Origin: Pseudomonadota bacterium
GTDB taxonomy: Bacteria; Campylobacterota; Campylobacteria; Campylobacterales; Sulfurimonadaceae
Reading direction: 5' to 3'
Length of the DNA stretch: 64,000 nt
Assembly: GCA_043797085.1 (NCBI GenBank)
Contig: JAZDQA010000014.1
Coordinates: 32,001-96,000, forward strand
This document shows, piece after piece, positions 47,786 through 56,688 of the stretch. The position numbers and the translations under genes were made by a program. Numbering within the stretch: position 1 is the first letter of the stretch; each line of letters starts with the position of its first letter. A model generated the notes under the pieces. It was not told where the DNA came from. It saw only the letters and a program-made list of their open reading frames with translations, and made no database searches.

Positions 47786-49378
47786 ATGTTAACTATTATC
47801 GTTACAACTCTTCTCGCCTCACTTATTATTAATATTCTTGTCAAAAAAATCCATCTTCCCACCATTATCGGCTATATTTTAACCGGTACAGCAATCGCCT
47901 ATGGTTTTCATCTGAATGAGGCGGTAAGTAACCATAATCTCAAAGAGATTGCCGAATTCGGTGTTGTTTTTTTGATGTTTACGATAGGGTTGGAGTTTTC
48001 AATCTCTCATTTAAAGCGAATGCGTAATGAAGTATTTGTTGCGGGAAGTCTTCAAATTATCATTACCTCGTCGATTGTCTATTTGATTAGCTATTATCTT
48101 TTTGAGCTCGATCAAAACTCTTCTTTCATTATTTCATTGGTAATCGCGCTCTCATCGACTGCAATCGTCCTGAAAATTCTCAACGAAAATGGCGAAATCA
48201 ATCGTCGTCATGGTCAGCGTTCACTTGGAATTTTGATCATGCAGGATATTGCTGTCATCCCGATCCTTCTCGTTATCGGATTTATGAGTAGCAAAAGTGG
48301 AAATATCTCAACCGTCTTGATGGAGATGGCAATCAGTGCCATCATACTTCTCTCTATTTTATGGGTATTTAGCAAATATCTCTTAGAGCCTTTTTTCACT
48401 CAGATTATCAAAACCAATTCCGACGAGCTGTTTGTCGGAAGTGTTCTGTTCTTGGCCATAGGAGCTTCATACGCTGCCCATTCTTTTGGATTTTCTTATT
48501 CGTTAGGAGCATTTATCGCGGGGATGCTGATCGCAGAAACCAAATATAAATATCAAGCCGAAGCCGATCTAATCCCGTTTCGTGATTTACTGCTGGGGAT
48601 CTTTTTTATCACGGTGGGGATGCAGATCGATGTTTTTTCCTTGATTTCTCAGATTTCATTTATTTTACTTTTACTGATCGGGGTGATGACTTTAAAATTT
48701 ATTATCATTTTTTTGATTTTACGCTTCAACGAGAGCAAAAGGGTTAGTCTCAAAACGGCATTGAGTCTATTGCAGATTGGGGAATTTTCGCTGGCAATTT
48801 TGGAGCTTGCCCGCTCCAATGACCTGATTCCGCAAGCCTATTCGCAGCTGCTTATTGCAACGATTGTCTTATCGATGATTGCAACACCAATTATTTTAAA
48901 GCATCTTACACAGCTAACGGATATGTTCATAAAAAACGAAGAGACAGAACCCGAGAACCTCATTGATTCCGATGATATGTATGATCATACGATTATTTTA
49001 GGATTCGGAGAATTTGGGCGAAATGTCGCAAGAGTTTTAAAAGAAAGAGGAGAATTTTATCTCGCAATCGAAAATAATCTCAATACGTTTCATGAGATTC
49101 AGCGGATGGGTGAACCGGCACTTTTTGGGAATGCGATCAAAAAAGAGGTTCTGAAAAAAGCCAATATTCAACATGCCAAATACGTCATCATCGCTATCGA
49201 TAACCCCTCGAAGCTCTATCATGTTTGTCAGATCGTTCAGCAATTTATCGACAGTTCCAAAATTATTGTCAAAGTCCACTCGGTTCATGAAAAAAACATC
49301 ATAGCTGAACTTGGGATTACCAACATTATGGTCGAAAATGAGATCATGAGCGTTCAAGTGTCGGGGCTGATTCGATAA
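47786..49378 (+). CDS. CPA2 cation:proton antiporter with TrkA-N domain (KefB/KefC-like)
   Basis: AEFGVVFLMFTIGLE, LSSTAIV, QD, QIGEF and GFGEFG. Confidence 0.92.
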   Translation: MLTIIVTTLLASLIINILVKKIHLPTIIGYILTGTAIAYGFHLNEAVSNHNLKEIAEFGVVFLMFTIGLEFSISHLKRMRNEVFVAGSLQIIITSSIVYLISYYLFELDQNSSFIISLVIALSSTAIVLKILNENGEINRRHGQRSLGILIMQDIAVIPILLVIGFMSSKSGNISTVLMEMAISAIILLSILWVFSKYLLEPFFTQIIKTNSDELFVGSVLFLAIGASYAAHSFGFSYSLGAFIAGMLIAETKYKYQAEADLIPFRDLLLGIFFITVGMQIDVFSLISQISFILLLLIGVMTLKFIIIFLILRFNESKRVSLKTALSLLQIGEFSLAILELARSNDLIPQAYSQLLIATIVLSMIATPIILKHLTQLTDMFIKNEETEPENLIDSDDMYDHTIILGFGEFGRNVARVLKERGEFYLAIENNLNTFHEIQRMGEPALFGNAIKKEVLKKANIQHAKYVIIAIDNPSKLYHVCQIVQQFIDSSKIIVKVHSVHEKNIIAELGITNIMVENEIMSVQVSGLIR

Positions 49379-49473
49379 GCTGTTTTCAGTTAAAGACAGA
49401 AATATCAAACAATGGTGAAAAACCCTAAATCTAGCTGGACATCATTTTTAGTATAAATCACTATAATTGACGT

Positions 49474-49938
49474 ATGAAAAAACTTCAACGTATGATCACT
49501 TCCCCGATTGGCATATTGATCGCCGAGTGCGATGAAGAAGCAATCATTGCTCTCGATTTTGCAGATGACTCCTCTCAAATAGAAAACTCTGAACATCCGC
49601 TTTTACTTCAGCTGGAAAAGGAATTACACGAATATTTCGAGGGTCAACGCCGTAATTTTACGCTACCTCTCAATCCACACGGAACACCATTTCAAAGGAG
49701 TGTTTGGGAAACACTCCAGAGCATCCCGTATGGAGTAACGATCTCTTATGCTGAGGAAGCTCAAACATTCGGAAATCCTAAAGCCGTCCGTGCCGTTGCT
49801 AATGCCAACGGTAGAAATCCTATCGTTATCTTGATCCCTTGTCACCGTGTTATCGCTAGTAGTGGAGGTCTGGGAGGATACAGCGGAGGGATAGAGAAAA
49901 AAGAGTTTTTGTTGGCGTTAGAGAAGAAAGAGAATTAG
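49474..49938 (+). CDS. ogt: Methylated-DNA--protein-cysteine methyltransferase
   Basis: GTPFQ, IPYG, RAVA.ANGRNP and IPCHRV. Confidence 0.93.
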   Translation: MKKLQRMITSPIGILIAECDEEAIIALDFADDSSQIENSEHPLLLQLEKELHEYFEGQRRNFTLPLNPHGTPFQRSVWETLQSIPYGVTISYAEEAQTFGNPKAVRAVANANGRNPIVILIPCHRVIASSGGLGGYSGGIEKKEFLLALEKKEN

Positions 49939-49942
49939 GGTT

Positions 49943-50560
49943 CTATTTCATCGCCATCATCAAAAAGCCAGTAAACCCTGCATTATCTGCACCGATTAGA
50001 GGAGATATGTGTGATTTCATCTCTTGGAGTATCTGAGTATAGCGCATATAAAATTCATAACTCGGTTTGGGCTTATATTCCAAACCACTTATCTCGAAAA
50101 ACTTGATAATGTCCTTGGTCGTGGTCGGTTTGATAAAAAACTCTTTATCCCGTGCGTAATAATAGGGGATTAACGTCACAATCGACCATTTTGCGAGCTT
50201 GTAGATACTGAGTACATCGACGAGGATTCTAAACCCTTTCTCATGATCGGCATGCAAAAGTTCATACAGTCCGATAGCAAACATATCTTGCTGTTCCATA
50301 CTCATTTGCTTCACCATATCTCGAACTTTTGGTTTTTCAAAAAGTGAAATAAGAGAGGATTTGGAAACGATTTTGGCAAAGCCCTCACCTATCTCTTCAG
50401 TACGCGAAAATTTCTCAGCTGCAAAGAGTTCTCTTACACTTTCGCCTATTTTTGCCGTATTGTGCCGTTTGATAATCGGTAACAATGCTTCGTCTTCGAA
50501 TCCTTTGGGATAAAAGGTGAAAAAACTAGCCTCGGCTTCTTTGAGCTTTTGCAGATTCAT
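49943..50560 (-). CDS. Hypothetical protein
   Basis: 205 aa ORF with an AGGA RBS; no motif recognised. Confidence 0.65.
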   Translation of the reverse strand: MNLQKLKEAEASFFTFYPKGFEDEALLPIIKRHNTAKIGESVRELFAAEKFSRTEEIGEGFAKIVSKSSLISLFEKPKVRDMVKQMSMEQQDMFAIGLYELLHADHEKGFRILVDVLSIYKLAKWSIVTLIPYYYARDKEFFIKPTTTKDIIKFFEISGLEYKPKPSYEFYMRYTQILQEMKSHISPLIGADNAGFTGFLMMAMK

Positions 50561-50579
50561 CGCTAATCCTTTGCGTTGT

Positions 50580-50969
50580 TTAACACTCCATCTTATATTC
50601 GATCATCGAAATTACCGCCCCTTGCGGATCTTGGATGATAGCAAAATCACCGACTTTCGGTATCGGTGTAATCTCTACGATAACATTTGCCCCTAACTCT
50701 TTTGCTTTCTCTAGCGTGGCTTTTATCTCTGTGACGGTTATGTAATTGCCCCAATGCGGGGGTATTTTTTCATCACCACAATGTTTTATATCCATGATAC
50801 CAGCCATCTCTTGACCATTCAATGATACTATTTGGTAATCGAAATCGACATTATCGGCTTTTTTAAACTCCCAACCGAAAACCTCACCGTAAAACTTTTT
50901 CGCCCCTTCGACATCGCCGGTTAACAGTTCAAACCAGCTAAATGCACCGTGTGTAGCAAATGGATTCAT
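50580..50969 (-). CDS. VOC/glyoxalase family protein
   Basis: WFEL...AKKFYGEVFGW, W..YITV and DPQGA. Confidence 0.88.
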   Translation of the reverse strand: MNPFATHGAFSWFELLTGDVEGAKKFYGEVFGWEFKKADNVDFDYQIVSLNGQEMAGIMDIKHCGDEKIPPHWGNYITVTEIKATLEKAKELGANVIVEITPIPKVGDFAIIQDPQGAVISMIEYKMEC

Positions 50970-51145
50970 GTCATACTCCTTGTAATATATGTCGTATCAT
51001 TTTACTCAAAAAAGCGCAATGCATATCACTACACTTTCGTCTATATTCTACCGTTTTTTCCTCAACACATACCCTCCATGCTTTTGAAACTCAAAGTCTC
51101 TAATTACAACGACATAAGTATCCTTATAGTGAGTAACGGTTTATA

Positions 51146-51568
51146 TCATGCCCTATACGCCAAAGCAGCAAAAACAAATCCCATAGATAATGCAAACGGG
51201 GTGTAAAAACGGGTGTCATAGTATGCAAACTCGGAAGATTTTATTTTTTTGAATAATCCGACCGCATTAAACTCTCCGATACCGCGAAATGTAAATATCC
51301 CCGATAAAATCCATCCGCAAATGATAAAATAATCTCGATAAGGTGACGAAGACAAATCATAAAAATAAAGCATACAAGCAACAAAAGCAAATCCGAACAA
51401 AGCTATCCCTACAATCACAGCTGCAAATTTTCCGGGATTAATTAATCGCTGTCCATTCTCTGTCGGCACAGCGATATCCATACCGATCACTCCACCCAAT
51501 GCCCAATAAAAATGGAGCAATCCGATCAGACTTAACGTGACAATAGTAAGAATGGTTATAACGCTCAT
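51146..51568 (-). CDS. Small membrane protein (DUF3995-like)
   Basis: LHFYWALGG, RGIGEF and DTRFYTP. Confidence 0.7.
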   Translation of the reverse strand: MSVITILTIVTLSLIGLLHFYWALGGVIGMDIAVPTENGQRLINPGKFAAVIVGIALFGFAFVACMLYFYDLSSSPYRDYFIICGWILSGIFTFRGIGEFNAVGLFKKIKSSEFAYYDTRFYTPFALSMGFVFAALAYRA

Positions 51569-52005
51569 TTTTTCTCGCTATGTATAAATTTTTCTTTAAC
51601 CATCCAGAGAGGAACTAAAAAAAGCAATCCAAGCAAAAACGCTAATGGAAGGATTAATATTGTTGGATTTGAGATAAATAATAAAGGTATTTTAACGGGG
51701 AGTATTAGCTCAAATATGGCTCTAATTTCCCAAATTACCCCTTGTGAAATTCCATAAATCCATGCGCTTCGCTCATCAAAAAGCAACCTTTTTGAAAAAT
51801 AGATGGACAATAGTCCAAAAGCACTCAGACAAAGACCGATAGAGAGTGAACTCAGAAATAGCAGATTCATGTAATCCGCCGATAAATGTACATACTCACC
51901 AGTTTTTATAAGCTGAAATGGCCAGATGAAATGAAGAATTCCAAGAAGGATTTCAACCAACCCTCCTATCAACATTAATTTACTGGCTAATTGTTTTTTA
52001 TTCAT
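51565..52005 (-). CDS. Hypothetical membrane protein
   Basis: Four hydrophobic segments; ATGA-coupled on both sides. Confidence 0.65.
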   Translation of the reverse strand: MNKKQLASKLMLIGGLVEILLGILHFIWPFQLIKTGEYVHLSADYMNLLFLSSLSIGLCLSAFGLLSIYFSKRLLFDERSAWIYGISQGVIWEIRAIFELILPVKIPLLFISNPTILILPLAFLLGLLFLVPLWMVKEKFIHSEKK

Positions 52006-52751
52006 AGACTTTCCAACCCAAAATACTCTTTTAGCGCACTCTCATAATCAACTTTCAATAGCTCCAATTTCCCCTCTTCGATGAGTTTAAGTTCATTATC
52101 CACAAGGATTTTACGTCCATTAGGCGTTTGCATAATCGCGAGTTTTTTCTGCGTAAAGATCGTGTCGGGATGCGTTGCATTAAAGTAATTAGCCAGACTG
52201 AACTCGATCCACTCCTGCGGTTGCAACGCAAAGCCGTATAGACGTTGCCACTCATCCTGCACGAGAGAGCGCACAACGTATTCCCCATCGAGGTACTCCA
52301 TGCGGAAACGATCCCCGTCCTGAACAACTTCCCCCTCCACGATCTCCATCGGAGCACGCAGAGCATAACCGCCGAATCCCGTATCACAGAGATAACTGCT
52401 CCCCTCGACACGGACGATGACCACCATGTGCGTTTTAGGACGACGCATAGGATAGAACATCGGTCGCGCCCCCGCGAAATACCATTCGAATCCTATGGCA
52501 GTGAGTGCCATCGCAAACACACCGTTAATCTCGTAACAATATCCGCCACGCCCTCTTCCTAGCACTTTGTTCACAATCTCTTCGGGAACCATAGAGGGGA
52601 TTCGCCCCGCCTGCACTTCGGTATTTTCAAACGGGATGCTTCGTAGTTGTTTTTGTACCATCTGAGTGAGTGTTACGACATCGGGACGCACTTCCCCATC
52701 ATAGCCGATACGGGATAAGTAGTCTGTGAGATTAAAATTTTCGGCTGTCAT
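52002..52751 (-). CDS. Arylamine N-acetyltransferase family protein
   Basis: IPFEN, RGGYCYE (Cys), THM (His) and DTGFG (Asp). Confidence 0.92.
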   Translation of the reverse strand: MTAENFNLTDYLSRIGYDGEVRPDVVTLTQMVQKQLRSIPFENTEVQAGRIPSMVPEEIVNKVLGRGRGGYCYEINGVFAMALTAIGFEWYFAGARPMFYPMRRPKTHMVVIVRVEGSSYLCDTGFGGYALRAPMEIVEGEVVQDGDRFRMEYLDGEYVVRSLVQDEWQRLYGFALQPQEWIEFSLANYFNATHPDTIFTQKKLAIMQTPNGRKILVDNELKLIEEGKLELLKVDYESALKEYFGLESL

Positions 52752-52980
52752 CGGGGTTCCTATTATCTTATGATTTGGGAATTTTGCTCTTTTTTCGCTT
52801 TGTCTGCTGTTAAAGCGTTTGCGGAAATTCTTTTAAGAAAAACGGTGTAGAATGTTTGAAAATATGTTAATTGGTAATATTTTGCTTGGATGTTTCCAAT
52901 ATGAAAATATTTTAGTATGAATAAATAGTCATATACACGTTATCAAATATCCAAAACAAATTCTGATTTAAGAGTGAAAT

Positions 52981-53811
52981 ATGTCATTAAGTCAATTACA
53001 AAGAGAATTTAATAAACTCCATCGAATAAATACTCAAAGTGAGCCTATTGAAAAGCTAAAGCGGCAATACGCAGAACTTATGAAAGGCATGTACCTTTCA
53101 TGGACGGGAGGACATTTTGATAATATCTGGCGTGCACAAATTGGTAATCATGACAACATAAAGCGTATGTGGTATCCACCAGCGGACAAAGTTACTAAGC
53201 TTGGACGTTTAAATAGAAAATACGAATCATTATTCTATGCATGTACGGGTCATAATGCCAACTTGAGTTCAATTGAAGAAGTACGAGCACAAATTGGAGA
53301 TCATGTCACTCAAATATGTTGTGAATTGACACCACCTTATCAACAATATCGATTTCTTGGGTTGGGGCATGTTTTTCAATGGAAAAAGGAACAGCTTCCT
53401 GAACATATAAAAACATTAAATTATTTAAATAGGCTTGATCGACAACAACGTTTTAATAAAAAAAAAGACTTTCGTAAAAATGAATACATTGCTGATCGAT
53501 TAGACACATTATTTAAACAAGATGTAGCACATAATCAAGAGCATAAGTATTCACACTCAATAGCTATCACTGAAAATTGTTTTGAAAATTTTTCAGGTGT
53601 TCAAGGAATAATTTTCCCGAGTATCGCAAGCAGTCAGAATGCGCTAAATATAGTGATAAAACCTAATGTTGCAGATAAATTTTTAACTTTCAAGTTCGTA
53701 CGAGTAGTTGAGGTCTTATTTAAAAACAATAAATATATGAAACTACGACTACGTAGAGAAGCTACAAGTATTGATGAAGATGGAAATTTTGTTTGGAAAG
53801 AAAGTATATAA
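52981..53811 (+). CDS. RES-domain protein (putative NAD+-consuming toxin)
   Basis: WRA, GRLN...LFYAC (R), SIEEV (E) and GIIFPS (S), then NIVI. Confidence 0.75.
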   Translation: MSLSQLQREFNKLHRINTQSEPIEKLKRQYAELMKGMYLSWTGGHFDNIWRAQIGNHDNIKRMWYPPADKVTKLGRLNRKYESLFYACTGHNANLSSIEEVRAQIGDHVTQICCELTPPYQQYRFLGLGHVFQWKKEQLPEHIKTLNYLNRLDRQQRFNKKKDFRKNEYIADRLDTLFKQDVAHNQEHKYSHSIAITENCFENFSGVQGIIFPSIASSQNALNIVIKPNVADKFLTFKFVRVVEVLFKNNKYMKLRLRREATSIDEDGNFVWKESI

Positions 53812-53854
53812 CAAATCTGAGGAGACTAATCAAAAACCCGCAAGCGGCTTTTTA

Positions 53855-53924
53855 CTCGTTCCCAACGTCCTCGTTGGGAATGCAGACTAACATACACACT
53901 CCCAAGCTGGAGCTTGGGAGCGAG
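53855..53924. repeat. REP-like palindrome doublet
   Basis: CTCG-TTCCCAACG-tcct-CGTTGGGAA ... CTCCCAAGCT-gg-AGCTTGGGAG-CGAG: two related hairpins in inverted arrangement. Confidence 0.65.
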
Positions 53925-54009
53925 ACATTCCACGCCTCGACCCACTCATAAGCGAAACGCTCTGCAAACTCTATATCAATCATTTATTTCCCTTTCACCA
54001 CTCTAACTC

Positions 54010-55728
54010 TCAATCGGACTGTAACGATTGACTGTGAAAAACATACTTGTTTTTGCCAGTTTCCTTGGCTAAATACATAGCTTGATCCGCGTGTCGAAGT
54101 AATACTTCAGCAGTAGTGTCATCATCTTGCGGATACAGTGTTATTCCTATGCTTGCACCTACTTTAATATGCTCATTGTTAGGAAGGGTATACGATTTAT
54201 TGATGCTTTCTAAAAGTTTGATGATGATATTTTCACACTCTTTTTTAGTGTTAATATTTAAAAGTAAAATAGCAAATTCATCTCCCCCAATTCTTGCTAC
54301 AGTATCACTTTCTCTGACACACTTTTGCATCCGATGTCCGATTTCAATCAATAATGCATCACCCGTACTATGCCCGTAGTTATCGTTAACCGGTTTAAAT
54401 TCATCCAAATCGAGATAACACACCGCCATCATACTATTGAAACGTTTTGAAAGACTCATTGCCTGATGGGTTCTCTCTGATAATAACAAGCGATTTGGCA
54501 ATCCCGTTAAAGAGTCATAAAATGCCATCCGTTCTAAGTTAGATTCATAATCTTTCCCCATCGTTATATCGGTCAATAACCCAACATAACTAGAAATATT
54601 CTCATTCGAATCGCAAATGGCAGATATAGTCAATCGCTCTACAAAAATCTCCCCATTTTTTCGTCGATTCCAAATCTCACCGATCCAATATTTATTCCGA
54701 ATTAGCTCTTCCCACATATGTTTATAAAATGCTTTTCCATGTTTTTCAGATTTTAAAAAACCGGCATTTTGCCCTATAATCTCATCTTTTGAATAGCCAG
54801 TTATCAAAGCATAAGCTTCGTTCACATCGACGATAATTCCACTGGTATTTGTAATTACAATACCCTCTTTTGCACTGGTAAAGACACTGGCTAAAAGTTT
54901 TAATTTTTCTTCGGTTTTTTTCCGTTCCGTAACATCTGTACCAATACCAATAGAACCGATCATCCTTTGATCTACATCATAAATAGGAACTTTTCGTATT
55001 TCAAAAACATTTTGAGTACCATTGTGATCAGTAACAACCTCTTCACTTATATTAATTTTTCCACTAGCCATCACATCTTCATCCGTAATTTGACAAATTT
55101 CGGCATTGTGTTTATTCATTAAGTCATAATCCGTTTTACCAATAAGTTCTCCATGATTGACATTGAAGAATCGATCTAATGCCGGATTGGAAGCAATATA
55201 AACACCTTTAATATCTTTCATCCATACCAAATCGGGAATTGCATCAATCAATGTACTCAACTCAGATGCAGTTTTAGCGAGTAATATCTCAGTATTTCTA
55301 CGCTTTGATATATCCAGATTAAAGCAAGTTAAACCAATTGCCTTTTTTTCAGTTTCATCATAAATTGGTGAATAATAAGTCCACCAAAACTTTCTGGATA
55401 ATAATTCATCTCCATATTCCGTCTCATCGACAAATGAGTTACAAGCAAGGGCTTTATCAAAAAGTTGCTTGGCTTTTTGACAATCATCTTCTCTACCTAT
55501 GACTTCAAGCATATTCATCCCAAGCTCAATCTCTTTGCCCCAAAGAATTTCCATCATTTTTTTATGCTCTTGGTTAAAAGCCAAATAGTTATAGTTTGTA
55601 TCCAAGGCGAAAATAATAATATTAGGAGAACTTTCTAAAATAACTTGGAGTAAATTAGTATTCGTTTGATTGCCAATTGAGTGAATGTCCATGTTACTAT
55701 TGAGAAGAGTTAGCTTATCATTACCCAT
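54010..55728 (-). CDS. Cytoplasmic multi-PAS diguanylate cyclase
   Basis: Three PAS-like repeats, DSLTGLPNR, RESD I-site and RIGGDEF. Confidence 0.92.
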   Translation of the reverse strand: MGNDKLTLLNSNMDIHSIGNQTNTNLLQVILESSPNIIIFALDTNYNYLAFNQEHKKMMEILWGKEIELGMNMLEVIGREDDCQKAKQLFDKALACNSFVDETEYGDELLSRKFWWTYYSPIYDETEKKAIGLTCFNLDISKRRNTEILLAKTASELSTLIDAIPDLVWMKDIKGVYIASNPALDRFFNVNHGELIGKTDYDLMNKHNAEICQITDEDVMASGKINISEEVVTDHNGTQNVFEIRKVPIYDVDQRMIGSIGIGTDVTERKKTEEKLKLLASVFTSAKEGIVITNTSGIIVDVNEAYALITGYSKDEIIGQNAGFLKSEKHGKAFYKHMWEELIRNKYWIGEIWNRRKNGEIFVERLTISAICDSNENISSYVGLLTDITMGKDYESNLERMAFYDSLTGLPNRLLLSERTHQAMSLSKRFNSMMAVCYLDLDEFKPVNDNYGHSTGDALLIEIGHRMQKCVRESDTVARIGGDEFAILLLNINTKKECENIIIKLLESINKSYTLPNNEHIKVGASIGITLYPQDDDTTAEVLLRHADQAMYLAKETGKNKYVFHSQSLQSD

Positions 55729-55929
55729 TTTTCAACTCCTTGCACTTTTTATCATGATTGATGCAAATATCGGCTTATTAATATAAATAATATCTTAGCA
55801 AAAAATACTAAAATAATTATAATAGTCTAAAATTTATTATCGAACTTTGAAACTTTTTTTAAATTCATTGTTCCCTCTTTAGGTATAACTCATTGATAAG
55901 TTTCTAAATTTGCTCTTTTTTAATTAAAA

Positions 55930-55959
55930 GGCACTTCACGGGTACTTTTACACTATAAT
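55930..55959 (+). promoter_or_regulatory. 11-bp-periodic direct repeat plus -10 box upstream of wHTH-LOV gene
   Basis: GGCACTT (55930) and GGTACTT (55941); TATAAT at 55954-55959; ATG at 55966. Confidence 0.5.
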
Positions 55960-55965
55960 CAAAAT

Positions 55966-56685
55966 ATGAATAACAAATTACTTATAAAATTGTCTGATGA
56001 CTGTTACTGGAACCCTGATACACGTATTGTTATAGATCATGATAAAGTTATTGTTTTAACCGCCAACATGACGAGACTGCTTAGTTATCTTGTCAATAAT
56101 TTTGATAAATCTGTTCATAGCATTGATATTTTTTTAGATGTTTTTTATGAGTACGATAAAGAATTTAAAGCCAAAATAATCCGAAATATGATTAGTGATT
56201 TACGAAAAAAAGTCCCTTGTTTAGAAATAAGTAATTTTTACGGCGGGCGTTACATGCTCCGGAAATTTCATGATGATAGCAGTGAATTTCAAAAATACCT
56301 TTTGGATATTTTGGATCAAGCTAAAAATGGAATCACCATTACCAATCCCAATCTGCCTGATAATCCTCTCATTTATGTAAACCAAGCATTTAGCGATCTA
56401 TTTGGGTACACACGGGATGAAGTTATCCATAAAAATTGCCGTTTTTTACATAGAGACGATCGAGACCAGTTGGCATTGGATGAAATACGACGTGCAATAA
56501 CAGCTAAAACCAACGTCACCGTTACCTTGCGCAACTACGACAAAGAGGGGCAGCTTGTTTATAATGAAATCACTATCAGCCCTATATTTGATAAGGAAAC
56601 GGGGAAACTACTGTACTTTTTAGGTGTTCAAAAAGATGTCAGTCGTGTCAATCAACTGATGCAGCAAATCAAAGGAATTGTGTAA
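55966..56685 (+). CDS. OmpR-type winged-helix DNA-binding domain fused to a LOV domain
   Basis: N-terminal LT....RLLSYLV...IRNMISDLRKK...GGRYML. C-terminal ITITNP..PDNPLIYVNQAF..LFGY, KNCRFLH, LRNY, YNE and YFLGVQ. Confidence 0.85.
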   Translation: MNNKLLIKLSDDCYWNPDTRIVIDHDKVIVLTANMTRLLSYLVNNFDKSVHSIDIFLDVFYEYDKEFKAKIIRNMISDLRKKVPCLEISNFYGGRYMLRKFHDDSSEFQKYLLDILDQAKNGITITNPNLPDNPLIYVNQAFSDLFGYTRDEVIHKNCRFLHRDDRDQLALDEIRRAITAKTNVTVTLRNYDKEGQLVYNEITISPIFDKETGKLLYFLGVQKDVSRVNQLMQQIKGIV

Positions 56686-56688
56686 TTT

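Noticed and set aside
51001..51125. Possible decayed gene (RBS + ATG TCG TTG TAA, with a GNAT-like tail in shifted frames)
   Set aside because: Similarity is too weak and fragmentary to call by eye.
55808..55840. CTAAAAT direct repeats in the DGC/LOV intergenic region
   Set aside because: AT-rich background and a 19 bp spacing; likely chance.
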